64,000 nt of DNA. Origin: Rhynchopus sp. YZ270_cl-10 (lineage: Eukaryota). Within the stretch, counting starts at the first letter, position 1. Every line of letters begins with the position of its first letter. Positions 1 to 10,140 of this stretch are shown here, piece after piece. The DNA lies in assembly GCA_964035575.1 (NCBI GenBank), contig OZ037840.1, forward strand, positions 1,674,001 to 1,738,000. Direction: 5' to 3'. A model generated the notes under the pieces. That model was given only the letters and a program-made list of their open reading frames with translations. It was not told the origin of the DNA and made no database searches. The position numbers and the translations under genes are program-made.

Positions 1-18
1 TTTTTTTCTTTTTTTGGG

Positions 19-240
19 TACTGTGTATACTGTGTATACTGTGTATACTGTGTATACTGTGTATACTGTGTATACTGTGTATACTGTGTATACTGTGTAT
101 ACTGTGTATACTGTGTATACTGTGTATACTGTGTATACTGTGTATACTGTGTATACTGTGTATACTGTGTATACTGTGTATACTGTGTATACTGTGTATA
201 CTGTGTATACTGTGTATACTGTGTATACTGTGTATACTGT
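19..240. repeat. 9-bp tandem satellite (TACTGTGTA)n, ~24-25 copies
   Basis: Perfect tandem repeat read directly; it produces the spurious (VYT)n ORF 14..316. Confidence 0.97.
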
Positions 241-360
241 GCGTACTTGTCCATTTCGGAAAATTGACCCCACCACTGGCCGGACGGTTTCCGAAAATGC
301 AAATGCCGGTGTTTAAAAGCTTCACCAAGGATTTCACCGAGGAAAAAAAAATTTCCCCTA

Positions 361-450
361 GCACGATGATTCCCGATTATGCACGATTACTCAGGATTAC
401 GCACGATGACGCCCGATGACGGCCGATGACACCCGATTTAGCGCGATTCA
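361..450. repeat. Degenerate 10-bp tandem array (consensus ~GCACGATKAC), 9 units
   Basis: gcacgatgat tcccgattat gcacgattac tcaggattac gcacgatgac gcccgatgac ggccgatgac acccgattta gcgcgattca. Confidence 0.8.
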
Positions 451-583
451 CCCCCCCGGAAAACGCTCCAATAACGCAGTGCAGAAGGGTTGGGTAATAG
501 AAGTGGTACATAAAAACAAAAAAAAGATAAAAAAAAAAATAGTGGAGTTCATCCTCGGGTGTCTACACTAATACAAAACCAAG

Positions 584-1327
584 CAGGCCTTTTGCTAACT
601 TTGGGATTTTCCCCAGGAATGGCATGATGGTCAAAAAAAAATAATTTCCTGGAAAAAAAGTACATTCCGAGCTTTCCCACCTGGTAAAAGCGGTCGTCGC
701 GCGCTTCGCGCGCGCCTCCCTGACAGCCACAGGATGGAGAGGCGAAGGGTCAGCTTTGCAAGATAACAAAAAAAAACGGAATCTAATCCTTTATTAACGG
801 TGCTTGGTCTTGCGCCTTACGTACACTGACCGTACAAAATCACTACGTCTTCCAGAAGCAGGGGCTGTTGCAACGGTTGGGTCACTTTGAAATAACAATG
901 GTAAAATTTTTGCAGCTTGGGTCAAGTTTCATTTCTGGCTGCAAAATGCAAGGGAATCCCCTTAGACATTGTAAAATGGCACCGTAGGCAGGAAGAAAAT
1001 AGCGTACAGCGCGAGCGAAGCGAGCGGGAATTTTTTTTTTTTAGGTATACCTCCGCGAGCGCAGCGAGCAGAAAAATTTTAAGGTGCCATCATGCCATCA
1101 TGCCATCATGCCATCATGCCATCATGCCATCATGCCATCATGCCATCATGCCATCATGCCATCATGCCATCATGCCATCATGCCATCATGCCATCATGCC
1201 ATCTGGGTGATGGAGAGCGAAAGCCCTGCCCCACCACCCCCCGTGGCATGATGGTGGCATGATGGAAAAAAAAATAAAAAACGCCCAAAAACGTGGCATG
1301 ATGGCATGATGGTTAGCAAAAGGCCTG
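584..1327 (+). mobile_element. Non-autonomous TIR element (MITE) family A, copy 1, 744 bp
   Basis: 16-bp TIR CAGGCCTTTTGCTAAC (584-599) / GTTAGCAAAAGGCCTG (1312-1327); 9-bp TSD AAAACCAAG (575-583, 1328-1336); second copy inverted at 10141-11547. Confidence 0.93.
1086..1203. repeat. (GCCATCAT)n 8-bp satellite inside MITE A copy 1, ~15 units
   Basis: Direct reading. Confidence 0.97.
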
Positions 1328-1367
1328 AAAACCAAGTTTTCAAAAAAGAGGGGAAAAAATCCACACT

Positions 1368-2073
1368 ATGGGTTCCGCACAGTCCGAGCCTCTGCGTTAC
1401 GGCCACCCGATGTCGAAAGAGGACTTCAACCGTGCTGCCACGAAGCTGATGGAGGAACACCATGACGACTACGTGAACATTGACCACTGTGTCAACGACA
1501 CCAATGCTGTCAACGGTATGTGTATAAGTGTTTGATTAACTAATATGGGGGGTAATTCTTGCACAGAGTTATGGCCCCCAGCCGTGAGGTGTGGGGAGAC
1601 ATTTTTAGAATTAAACTCTTCCCCCCCCCCCAAACCTTCTTTCGTCTCTAGTTTTCTTTATCCAAATGTCGAGTGGATGATTTAGTAACGAAGCTTGCTT
1701 TAAAGGAGAAAATAGTATTACCGTGTACGCCAAATCATCCGTCAAACAGGAGGATTTTGTGCAATCAACGAAAAACAACTTTACCTACCCCGATCCTACT
1801 AATTTTTTTTAATTTACAGAACCTGTTACGATGCGGTGTCAGAAGGAGCTTGCTGCATGGAACTTCCACGTACTTACGTCGTTTTGCAATACCTTGTATG
1901 AAGGCACTGCAAAATGCCAGAAGGAAGCCAAGAACTGGCGCACCGACTGCAAGGAGGAGACCAACGAAATGATGATGTGCGGGGATGAGCACTCCCGCCG
2001 GCTCTATCAGTTCAACCTCGAACGCAAACACACCAACCGTACCATCCCAGCGAAGAGCAGCGATAATTTATGA
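1368..2073 (+). CDS. Two-exon gene (1368-1515, 1820-2073; ~133 aa): twin-CX9C (CHCH-like) protein with N-myristoylation-type N-terminus, probably mitochondrial intermembrane space
   Basis: ATG at 1368 gives MGSAQSEPLRYGH...; GTATGT donor at 1516 and T-rich TTTACAG acceptor at 1819 join in frame (G|AA) to ORF 1831..2073; motifs CNTLYEGTAKC and CKEETNEMMMC. Confidence 0.75.
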
Positions 2074-2096
2074 TAACCCCCCCACCCCCACCCCCA

Positions 2097-2314
2097 CACG
2101 ACGGTGATGTGCAGTACATTACAAGTGAAGTTACTTGTAACGTTACAAGTGAAAAACCGTTACAAGTGAGTTACAAGTGAGTTACAAGTGGGATACATGA
2201 ATTACAGGCAAAATCAGGTTGTAACTGGTGGGTTACAAGTGAGTTACATGTAACAAAAGTTACATGTAACTCACTTGTAACTCCACTTGTAACACCCGTT
2301 ACATCACCGTCGTG
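2097..2314. mobile_element. 218-bp MITE-like element, CACTA/CMC-like ends
   Basis: Perfect 14-bp TIR CACGACGGTGATGT / ACATCACCGTCGTG; CA on both flanks (possible 2-bp TSD); interior filled with GTTACAAGTG repeats in both orientations. Confidence 0.75.
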
Positions 2315-2542
2315 CAACCACCCCCACCACATCCCCCCCCAATGCAAGATCCCTGAAGGGCTAAGCAAATTGGGTACACGAAAAGAAACAACGTATTGCC
2401 AAAAATGTACACCTTGATATCCCCCCCTTCACCCCCTCCACCTCCTTCCTCCCATTACCCTCACAAAAAGGCTGGGTTAACGCTGTGGTGACTACACATT
2501 TTTTATCAATTTCTCCCCCACCCCCACACATCCGCAAAAGCA

Positions 2543-4924
2543 ATGCACGCATACAGCGCACGCTCCTCAAGCATAGCGCACGGCTGGACCGCAGCGTTGC
2601 TCCCCCCTGAATGGTTCGGCGCAGCAGCCTCTCCTACGACAGCTGCACCCCCTCCTCCTGCATTCAGACCGCTCGCTTTGGGGGCACCGGTTGTGGTGGA
2701 GGTGTACCTCGAGGACGTTGATGTGGAGGATGGGTCTGTCGAGGACAAGGAAGGCACAGAGGAGGACACATCGGGTGACACTATTGCATCTGATAATTCA
2801 AATGATGAAGAAAATTCAGAAAATTCAAAAAATTCAGAAAATTCAGAAAATTCGGAAAAAGAAGCAGAAAATTCAGAAGATTTACAAACAATCCGTCTTC
2901 TTTGCAGCGCATGGGCAGATCTGCACCGCATTCCGCAAAGTGGAGACCCACTCCGCTGTGCTCTCGGAGAAACTCTCTGTGTCCATCCCGAAGATGTCGA
3001 CAAATTTCACTCCATTCTCTCACCCATCACCCCCGGGAGGGTCTTCCCACCACAGCGTCTCTGTGTAGTTGATACCCCTGAGCGCGAGGATGTTTTGGAC
3101 ACTCCTGTTACATCGGTAACATTGGAAACGTATTCGGTTGAAGCGAAGGCTGTGCTGGATGTGGCAGGACGTCATGACACCCTCCTCCTTCTCAGCACTG
3201 CGTTATCGGGGGGGTATCTCATGCGTGGTGCGGTGCTGAATATTCCGTCCTGTGGTGGGGTCTTTACGGTGACGGAGTTGTCAGGGCCTGGGGTGACACG
3301 AAACCCAGAGATGATCTATCGGGTGTCACACCGCACAGTGTTTCGCGTGAATGTTCGTGAGGCGCCTGCAGAGGAGGTGGAAGGATGTGGAGGACCGGAG
3401 GGCTGTGAAGCGGCCCCGCCGTGCTATGAAGCAGTGGCAGCATTGTTCCGCGCAGGGAAAGGTCTGTTGCAGCCGCGCACCCCGTTGGCAGTGTTGTTGC
3501 ATGGAGTCGCGGGGGTGGGGAAGACACATTTTGTGGAGTCACTGAAAGGGATTGGGTGCGATGTGGTGAAGCTGCGGTGTGCAGAGGCGGGGGATGCTGC
3601 TGTATCTATGGTGCTCAAAATGCTCAACAACGAGACAGCAACAACCAAGCAAATTCTTCTTCTCGACGACGTCGACCGCATTCCCCGCGACGCACCACGC
3701 TGTGCTCTGCTCTGCCACTTCCTCGAGACTGCGCCTGCCTCTTTGACCATCTTCTCCACCGCATCCTCACTCTCTTCCGTCCCTCCTCTTCTCCGTGCGC
3801 CACAGCGGCTAGGGAGGGAGATCTACATCGCACCACCCAATGAGGAGCAAAGGGCGGAGGTGGCGAGGCGAATTTTTGCGGGGAGCATTGCAGAGGGTGC
3901 AGCGGAGAAGGTTGCGGGGAAGACACCGGGGCACGTTCAGGCGGATGTCCGACAGATTTGCGGGGAAGTGGTCAAGGCGTGTGGTAATGGGGAGGAGCTG
4001 GATCGTGCAGTGGACAGCGCAGTGTCACATCACGCAGCAACACTGCACCGCTCTGCCATGACGCAGCTTGCGACCCAGACGTCGTTTGATGCGATTGGTG
4101 GTCTCGAATCGGTGAAGGTGCAGCTCACACAGTGCCTGCTCTTTCCTGATTTGCATCCTGAAGCTGCGGAGCGGTTTCAAATCAAAACGGCGGGGGGTGT
4201 ATTGCTATACGGCCCCCCCGGGTGTGCAAAGACCTCTCTTGTTCAGGCGATTGCGGGGCAGGCGAAGCGTACGCTTTTGAGGGTCGATGCGGCTGGGTTG
4301 TTTGCGTGCTATGTAGGGGAGAGCGAGGCGACGCTGCGCGCGGTGTTTGCCACGGCACGCCTGCTTGCACCGAGCATAGTCTTCATTGATGAACTGGAAA
4401 GTGTCTGTGGGAGACGCCGTGAAGGTAACGACAATGTCACCTCCACGGTTCTCACCACGCTTCTCAACGAGCTGGACGGGGTCGATACTGTCGCGCAGCG
4501 TAGCGGCAACGCGACCCGCGACGTTGTCTTCATCGGCGCAACAAACTTCCCTCAGGTCCTCGACAGCGCCGTGCTGCGTCCTGGACGGCTCGACCGTCTC
4601 ATCTATGTAGGTGCACCTGACGCAGACGACCGACGTGCGCTCATCAATCTATTCGTAAAGGGACCCCCTCTGCAAGAAGCGCTCCTGCAGCATATCGTGC
4701 ACAGCACAGAAGACTTTACCGGCGCAGATTTAAAGGGCTTAGTGGAGGAGGCGGGCTACGCTGCAATACGGCGTGTGATGCGGGGTGTGGAGGGGGTGGA
4801 GGCTGAGGGTGGTGTTTGCTTGACGCAGGGGGACTTCGATGCCGCACTACGCAGGGTGAAACCGAGCGCGTCAGCGGAGGTGCTTCAGATCTTCGCTGAC
4901 TTCGAAAAGAACGTCGGGAAATGA
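2543..4924 (+). CDS. Double-ring AAA+ ATPase, CDC48/AFG2 family (SPATA5L1/AFG2B-like)
   Basis: 793-aa ORF; D1 Walker A GVAGVGKT and Walker B-like LLLDDVD; D2 GPPGCAKT, IVFIDELE, second region of homology ATNFPQVLDSAVLRPGRLDR. Confidence 0.88.
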   Translation: MHAYSARSSSIAHGWTAALLPPEWFGAAASPTTAAPPPPAFRPLALGAPVVVEVYLEDVDVEDGSVEDKEGTEEDTSGDTIASDNSNDEENSENSKNSENSENSEKEAENSEDLQTIRLLCSAWADLHRIPQSGDPLRCALGETLCVHPEDVDKFHSILSPITPGRVFPPQRLCVVDTPEREDVLDTPVTSVTLETYSVEAKAVLDVAGRHDTLLLLSTALSGGYLMRGAVLNIPSCGGVFTVTELSGPGVTRNPEMIYRVSHRTVFRVNVREAPAEEVEGCGGPEGCEAAPPCYEAVAALFRAGKGLLQPRTPLAVLLHGVAGVGKTHFVESLKGIGCDVVKLRCAEAGDAAVSMVLKMLNNETATTKQILLLDDVDRIPRDAPRCALLCHFLETAPASLTIFSTASSLSSVPPLLRAPQRLGREIYIAPPNEEQRAEVARRIFAGSIAEGAAEKVAGKTPGHVQADVRQICGEVVKACGNGEELDRAVDSAVSHHAATLHRSAMTQLATQTSFDAIGGLESVKVQLTQCLLFPDLHPEAAERFQIKTAGGVLLYGPPGCAKTSLVQAIAGQAKRTLLRVDAAGLFACYVGESEATLRAVFATARLLAPSIVFIDELESVCGRRREGNDNVTSTVLTTLLNELDGVDTVAQRSGNATRDVVFIGATNFPQVLDSAVLRPGRLDRLIYVGAPDADDRRALINLFVKGPPLQEALLQHIVHSTEDFTGADLKGLVEEAGYAAIRRVMRGVEGVEAEGGVCLTQGDFDAALRRVKPSASAEVLQIFADFEKNVGK

Positions 4925-5464
4925 GGGAGGGGGGTGGTGGGGTGGGAGGAGGGAATGCAGAACGATTGCATTGGATCAAGGAGAGACAAATATATCTGAA
5001 AAAAAATAAAAATGAATACTCCCAAGTAATATTTTCCACAGCCCCATAAAAACAGCCCTATGGACCCTTTTTTCGGCCATCAAAAAGCAACGTTATGTTT
5101 GCACAGAGTTGGTTATCTGTAATTCCTTAAGGAATCGCTAGTGCTCCTTAGGAAATACCATTCACGTATCTCTTTTGGCTGCCTCATGTTGTTCTCGTCT
5201 TAATCGGAAGGTGGTGGCACATCTAATAACGGTATTGATTTTTCGTGTCTTGCTGCTGCTCTTGGTCAGTAGAAGTCACCTAGCGTTGAGCATTACCCCC
5301 TGAGCACAAACACTGAGCACAAAACCGACCTGTGGCCACACCAAAAAAAAAAAGACTTCCAAATTTGAGCTACGACGATCAGGATATGTGTTGTATTCCT
5401 TACCTGTGTTGTTGTTTCTTGCCACCCAAAACATCTGCACAAAAGCAGAGAGACACAAAAAACG

Positions 5465-6451
5465 ATGGAAATATGTGTGGAGAGCTTTGACGGAGAGAAG
5501 TACACAGTCGATGTGGGTGTGGATGATACAATTGCAGACATACGGAAGAAGGTGGCGTCTGCAGCAGAGTTGTGCGAAGACGGCTTTGACATGAGCTTTG
5601 GAGAGAAGGTGGTGACTGAAGGAGACAACACGACGCAGCTGAGTGCTGGGGACACAGTTGTGCTGACGAAGACGAAGTCGCAGAAGGACGACGCCATTGC
5701 AGCTCTTCGTGACTTGGGTGAGACAAGGCTGACATCAGACAGGTTCAAATGCCTGGCAGATCCCAAGCTGGTTCATTTGTTTCTGCAGGCGGAAGTTGTC
5801 ACTGAGATTCCCTCTGAATTCTTGAGAGGTGGCACGTTCGAAGAACTTAGTCTCAGTGGTGTGTCAGGTGTTACCCAAATACTCGACTGCTTCCTCCAGG
5901 ACTGCACCTCACTGTACACTGCTGATTTATCTGGGTGGAGCCATGTGACGCACGTTGGAGACTTCTTCATCGCCCAGTGCACCTCGTTGACCACATTGGA
6001 CTTATCTGGGTGGAACAATGTGACGCGCATAGGGAGCTGCTTCCTCGCCTGTTGCAAGTCTTTGACAACCGTTGACTTATCTGGGTGGAACAGTGTGACG
6101 CAAATTGAGATGCGATTCTTCTCTTACTGCACCTCGTTGACGTCACTTGACTTGTCTGGCTGGAGCAATGTGTCGCACGTACCACACCACTTCCTCTCCA
6201 ACTGCAAGGCTTTGAGAACACTTAACATGCGTGGATGGAGCCATGTGACGCACATTGGAGACGACTTCGCCACCCAGTGCACCTCGTTGACCACACTGGA
6301 CTTGTCTAGATGGGGGAAAGTGATGGTTATTGGGAAAGGAGTGCTTGGCGATTGTAACTTACATAAATGCAGCATCAACGTCGCCTGGTCAAGCCGTGTT
6401 TTGTCAGAATATGTGCACAGCCGTATCAAGCGCCAATGTGTGTGTATGTGA
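5465..6451 (+). CDS. Ubiquitin-like domain + 24-aa leucine-rich repeats + CaaX box (CVCM)
   Basis: N-terminus MEICVESFDGEKYTVDVGVDDTIADIRKKV is ubiquitin-like; repeats LxTLDLSGWxNVTxIGxxFLxxC; ends KRQCVCM*; paralog at 55426. Confidence 0.85.
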   Translation: MEICVESFDGEKYTVDVGVDDTIADIRKKVASAAELCEDGFDMSFGEKVVTEGDNTTQLSAGDTVVLTKTKSQKDDAIAALRDLGETRLTSDRFKCLADPKLVHLFLQAEVVTEIPSEFLRGGTFEELSLSGVSGVTQILDCFLQDCTSLYTADLSGWSHVTHVGDFFIAQCTSLTTLDLSGWNNVTRIGSCFLACCKSLTTVDLSGWNSVTQIEMRFFSYCTSLTSLDLSGWSNVSHVPHHFLSNCKALRTLNMRGWSHVTHIGDDFATQCTSLTTLDLSRWGKVMVIGKGVLGDCNLHKCSINVAWSSRVLSEYVHSRIKRQCVCM

Positions 6452-6600
6452 TCCACGTGCCTCTTTCGAGAGGCTAGCTGCTCATGTATTCTTGTTTTTC
6501 ATTGTAGGCTAGTTGACGCAATCGTCAGTTCAGTCTAAGGTTAGGGGTTTGGGGGGAGTTATGGGTTATTTCGGTGATAGGAGCGGTCGAAAAAAAAAGC

Positions 6601-6825
6601 CAGTGTGGTGTGGCTGAAGGGGGGTGATTCGCACTTTTCCGCACTTATTCGCACTTTTACCATGTTGGCTTGCTGACTGTGTCTGTGACAGATACACAGG
6701 TACACAGGTACAGTACCTACAGTACACAGTGTTCAACTTTTACAAGGCGGGGAAAATTTTTTTGGGGGCTGATTCGCACTTTTTCCGCACTTTTTGCTCC
6801 CCCCCCTTTCAGCCACACCATAGTG
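6601..6825. mobile_element. ~220-bp fold-back element (MITE-like)
   Basis: Ends TGGTGTGGCTGAAGGGGGG / CCCCCCTTTCAGCCACACCA; internal TTCGCACTT repeats; flanked by CAGTG / TAGTG, so the exact boundary and TSD are ambiguous. Confidence 0.6.
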
Positions 6826-7916
6826 GAGTTCATCCTCGGGTGTCTACACTAATACAACCAAGTTTTCAAAAACCCAAAAATCAGGTTGGTGGGAGAACTG
6901 TGATGTTTTCCACATCTTACATATCGTTTCCCTGAAGAGGGTGTGCAAAGGCACACCCTTTTGGTTGCAAATACAGTACCAAAAATGACGTGTGGGAAAT
7001 CTTCCTTTTTGTGCCCCCATACCCCCTTTTTCATGTTGTGTCAAAGCAGTTTGTTTTGACCACTTTCCCATGCAGGCGCTGCTTAAGTGCAGTGCTCATC
7101 CCAAGCTTTCAAACACAAAACAAAAGACCTCTCCCCTTGTAACTGTTTGTTGTCTGTTGCACACCACACCCGCACATCCCTTCTTTTAGCACATTGGCCT
7201 GCACTCTGTTGATGTCATTTTACTGCCAGTCAGTGTTACCCAAAGTAACATTTCAACCAGTCACTCTACCAGACATCGTACCAGTGACGGAGGTCGTGCT
7301 GAATATATTTGGATGCTCCTCAGCTGCGCACTCGGGACTCGACCTCACTATCTGTCAGGATGGTTGATGTGCCCGCTGTTGTAATGCTTTGCACAGAGGT
7401 GTCCTGTGGGTGGCAGGGCGTGAGGGGAATGAACACCTCATTTCCGACGCAGTGCCGCCCCCACTGTGCCCGGTCAGGTGTTGTGCACTCATCTGTTTAA
7501 GACGTGCAGAGGGACTCTCAGGGGGGAGGGGACATAGGTTCTCGTCTCTCGTGTCTTGCTGCTGCTCCTGATCAGTGTCCCATAAGAGTGAGAACAAGGT
7601 TTGTGTTTCGAACCACTCGGAATCGTTATCAAAGTTCCGTCATATCTGATTGTGAAGGCTGCAGGCTGACTCTTTTCTTGAAGCGTCGCCTAACTTCCAC
7701 GAGCTCCTGATTGGAGGTAGAAGAGGGCACCTTGAGGGTCCTCCAAACCCTGAGCTTCATCATACTTTGCTGATGCTTATGGCGCTGCAGGCGAATAAAA
7801 TTTACCCCCTTTTTTATCTCCCAAATAATAATGCACACTTCCTGCCCCAACAGAAGACACATGGGAGTTGTTAACGGCAATTAGGCAACGAAGCGGTTGT
7901 GGTGGCCTGATAGAAT

Positions 7917-9686
7917 ATGCAGTGGCCACGTTGCATTGAGCGCGCACTGACGCTGGATGGCACGCTTGACGCAAAGGAGAGGAGAAAGCGTGAGGTGTTG
8001 TGGAACATGAACTGTCCCACGTTTGTCGTCATGGTTGTACTCGCGGCCATCAATGATAACCTCAGTGGCCTGCGCTTGTTCCAGTGGGTGCTTGGCATAG
8101 CTACCTCGGGGCTGGTGCTTGTGCTGCTCTTGGCCAAGGTCAAGCTGTCAACGCCTATTGTGGTGGGTGTGTCTTTTTCATACGCTGCTTGTGTGTTTTC
8201 TGCAGACCTGCTTGCCCGCTGCAAGGGTGACATGATGTGGGCGCCTCTCGTGCTGCTTGTGGACTTACTGCTGGTGCTGCAGATGCCGGAACGCTACAGC
8301 ATGAGTCTCGTTTGCCTTGCGGTGTTGTGGTTGGCTGTCTTGTGCATGGAGGAGTACTTCAGGTTTGGCCTGTTCGACCTGCCTGGGCTTGTGCCACAAG
8401 AGGGTGAGTTCGGAAGGAGACAAGACATGTACGAGTCAGCCAACTGTGATACTCTTCCGTGTCCGAGCAGTTCAGGCTCTGGTCTTACGTTCACTATCAG
8501 CGCTGTGTGCATATTTTTGGTTGACTTCATCGCAACGAGAGGGTTTGCACGTGGTATCCTGAAGGAGCAGGCAACAATGGAGCGGACGATCAGCACTGTG
8601 CAGGAGATTGCGTCGCTGCTTGCGGGGTACGACGTGGAGGGGGTTGCGGAGATGCTGAAGGTTCACGAGGCTGCGCTGCCTGAGGGGATGAGGGACGCAC
8701 TGCAGAGTATAGAGGAGAACCTGCGGAAGTACAAGGCATACCTCCCGCAGACGTGTCTGCCGTTTGACAAGGAGGACGTGAAGGATGGGTCAGATGAGTC
8801 CATCCCTTCCAACTCAGCAAAGAGTGACGGAAGCTCCACACAGAGTCACATATGCGCGATGCGTGCACAGCCACTGGGTCTGTCCTCAACAAAGGCAACA
8901 CTGCTGACACTGAACATCAAAGACACGTTGCACCGCTTGGAGGAGGACAGTGCACGCTTCTCCGACCTGTTCACAACTCTTCTTCAGAAGACGTTGCAGG
9001 CAACAGAAGTGCGTCGTGGGATGGTGGACGTCTTTGTGGGGGACAGGATCCACTGCTCGTTCAACACGTCGCAAATATGTGCACCACACGCAACCTCAGC
9101 ACTGCACGCTGCCACATTGTTGCTGCGTGGTGATGGCAACAACATTGCACCACATGTGAACATGGGTGTTGCATCTGGGAAGGTGCTGCGTGGTGACATG
9201 GGGTGTGAAGTGATGCGCCGCTTCAGCATGGTGGGTGTGCTTGCTCGTGACGTGCACCTCATTGAACGTGCTGGCCGTGTGTTGGGGTGCAGTGTGCTGT
9301 GCAACCGCCTCTGCTTCAGCGATGCTGAGTGCGAACACCAACTGCGTCTGATCCCCTGCAAGATCGAGCTTGCTGCCGGCTGTGATGCGGAGGTTGTTGC
9401 TGAGTTGGTTGTTCCAAAAGGCGCCACGACCATATTACCAGAGGAAGAATGGATGTACATGGTTGGCGGGAAGAAGGACTGGGAGGACTACAACACAGCA
9501 GTGCGCAGCTTCATGAGGGGAGAGTGCTCTGCAGAAGATGTTGCGGCAGCTGAGAGGCAGGGACCAGCATACACACCTGTGAACGTGGTTGCGTCTTCTG
9601 GGGGCTGTGATGTTCTGTACTTGCCTGTGAGCAGACGAGACACACATGGGACAAAGATTTACACCACTGAGAATTGTTCTTTGTGA
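7917..9686 (+). CDS. ~6-TM membrane protein with degenerate class III cyclase domain (pseudo-cyclase paralog 1)
   Basis: 589 aa; hydrophobic N-terminal half, helical linker EQATMERTISTVQEIA..YLP, cyclase-like motifs VDVFVGDRIHCSFN and NMGVASGKVLRGDMG..RRFSMVG; catalytic residues mostly absent. Confidence 0.85.
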   Translation: MQWPRCIERALTLDGTLDAKERRKREVLWNMNCPTFVVMVVLAAINDNLSGLRLFQWVLGIATSGLVLVLLLAKVKLSTPIVVGVSFSYAACVFSADLLARCKGDMMWAPLVLLVDLLLVLQMPERYSMSLVCLAVLWLAVLCMEEYFRFGLFDLPGLVPQEGEFGRRQDMYESANCDTLPCPSSSGSGLTFTISAVCIFLVDFIATRGFARGILKEQATMERTISTVQEIASLLAGYDVEGVAEMLKVHEAALPEGMRDALQSIEENLRKYKAYLPQTCLPFDKEDVKDGSDESIPSNSAKSDGSSTQSHICAMRAQPLGLSSTKATLLTLNIKDTLHRLEEDSARFSDLFTTLLQKTLQATEVRRGMVDVFVGDRIHCSFNTSQICAPHATSALHAATLLLRGDGNNIAPHVNMGVASGKVLRGDMGCEVMRRFSMVGVLARDVHLIERAGRVLGCSVLCNRLCFSDAECEHQLRLIPCKIELAAGCDAEVVAELVVPKGATTILPEEEWMYMVGGKKDWEDYNTAVRSFMRGECSAEDVAAAERQGPAYTPVNVVASSGGCDVLYLPVSRRDTHGTKIYTTENCSL

Positions 9687-9693
9687 ACGAGGC

Positions 9694-9992
9694 GTCCATC
9701 CCTTCCAACTCAGCAAAGAGTGACGGAAGCTCCACACAGAGTCACATATGCGCGATGCGTGCACAGCCACTGGGTCTGTCCTCAACAAAGGCAACACTGC
9801 TGACACTGAACATCAAAGACACGTTGCACCGCTTGGAGGAGGACAGTGCACGCTTCTCCGACCTGTTCACAACTCTTCTTCTGAAGACGTTGCAGGCAAC
9901 AGAGTCATACCGTGGGATGGTGGACGTCTTTGTTGGGGACAGGATCCACTGCACTGCACGCTGCCACATTACTGCTGCGTGGTGACATGGGG
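9694..9992 (+). pseudogene. Partial duplicate of the pseudo-cyclase coding region, with internal deletions
   Basis: Near-identical to 8798-~9055, then jumps to ~9101 and ~9185; truncated at both ends. Confidence 0.88.
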
Positions 9993-10140
9993 CAGGTCTT
10001 CTGTGGTGCGTACAGAAAAAATTGAAACTGCACTCCCTTTTGACCTTTTTCCGTTTTCCCCCACCCCCCCAAACAATAAAGCAACAAAAAGCGAGAGGTG
10101 TCAAACGCACAGAGTATTTTTTTCTTTTACGGTCCTATAA

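Noticed and set aside
14..316. (VYT)n ORF, or the repeat as a telomere
   Set aside because: It is the translation of a 9-bp satellite; the unit is not a TTAGGG-like G-rich repeat and non-repeat sequence precedes it.
2810..2880. AATTCAGAA repeats as an intron or inserted element in the AAA ATPase
   Set aside because: In-frame 9-bp low-complexity expansion (NSE)n within an acidic linker; no boundary signals seen.
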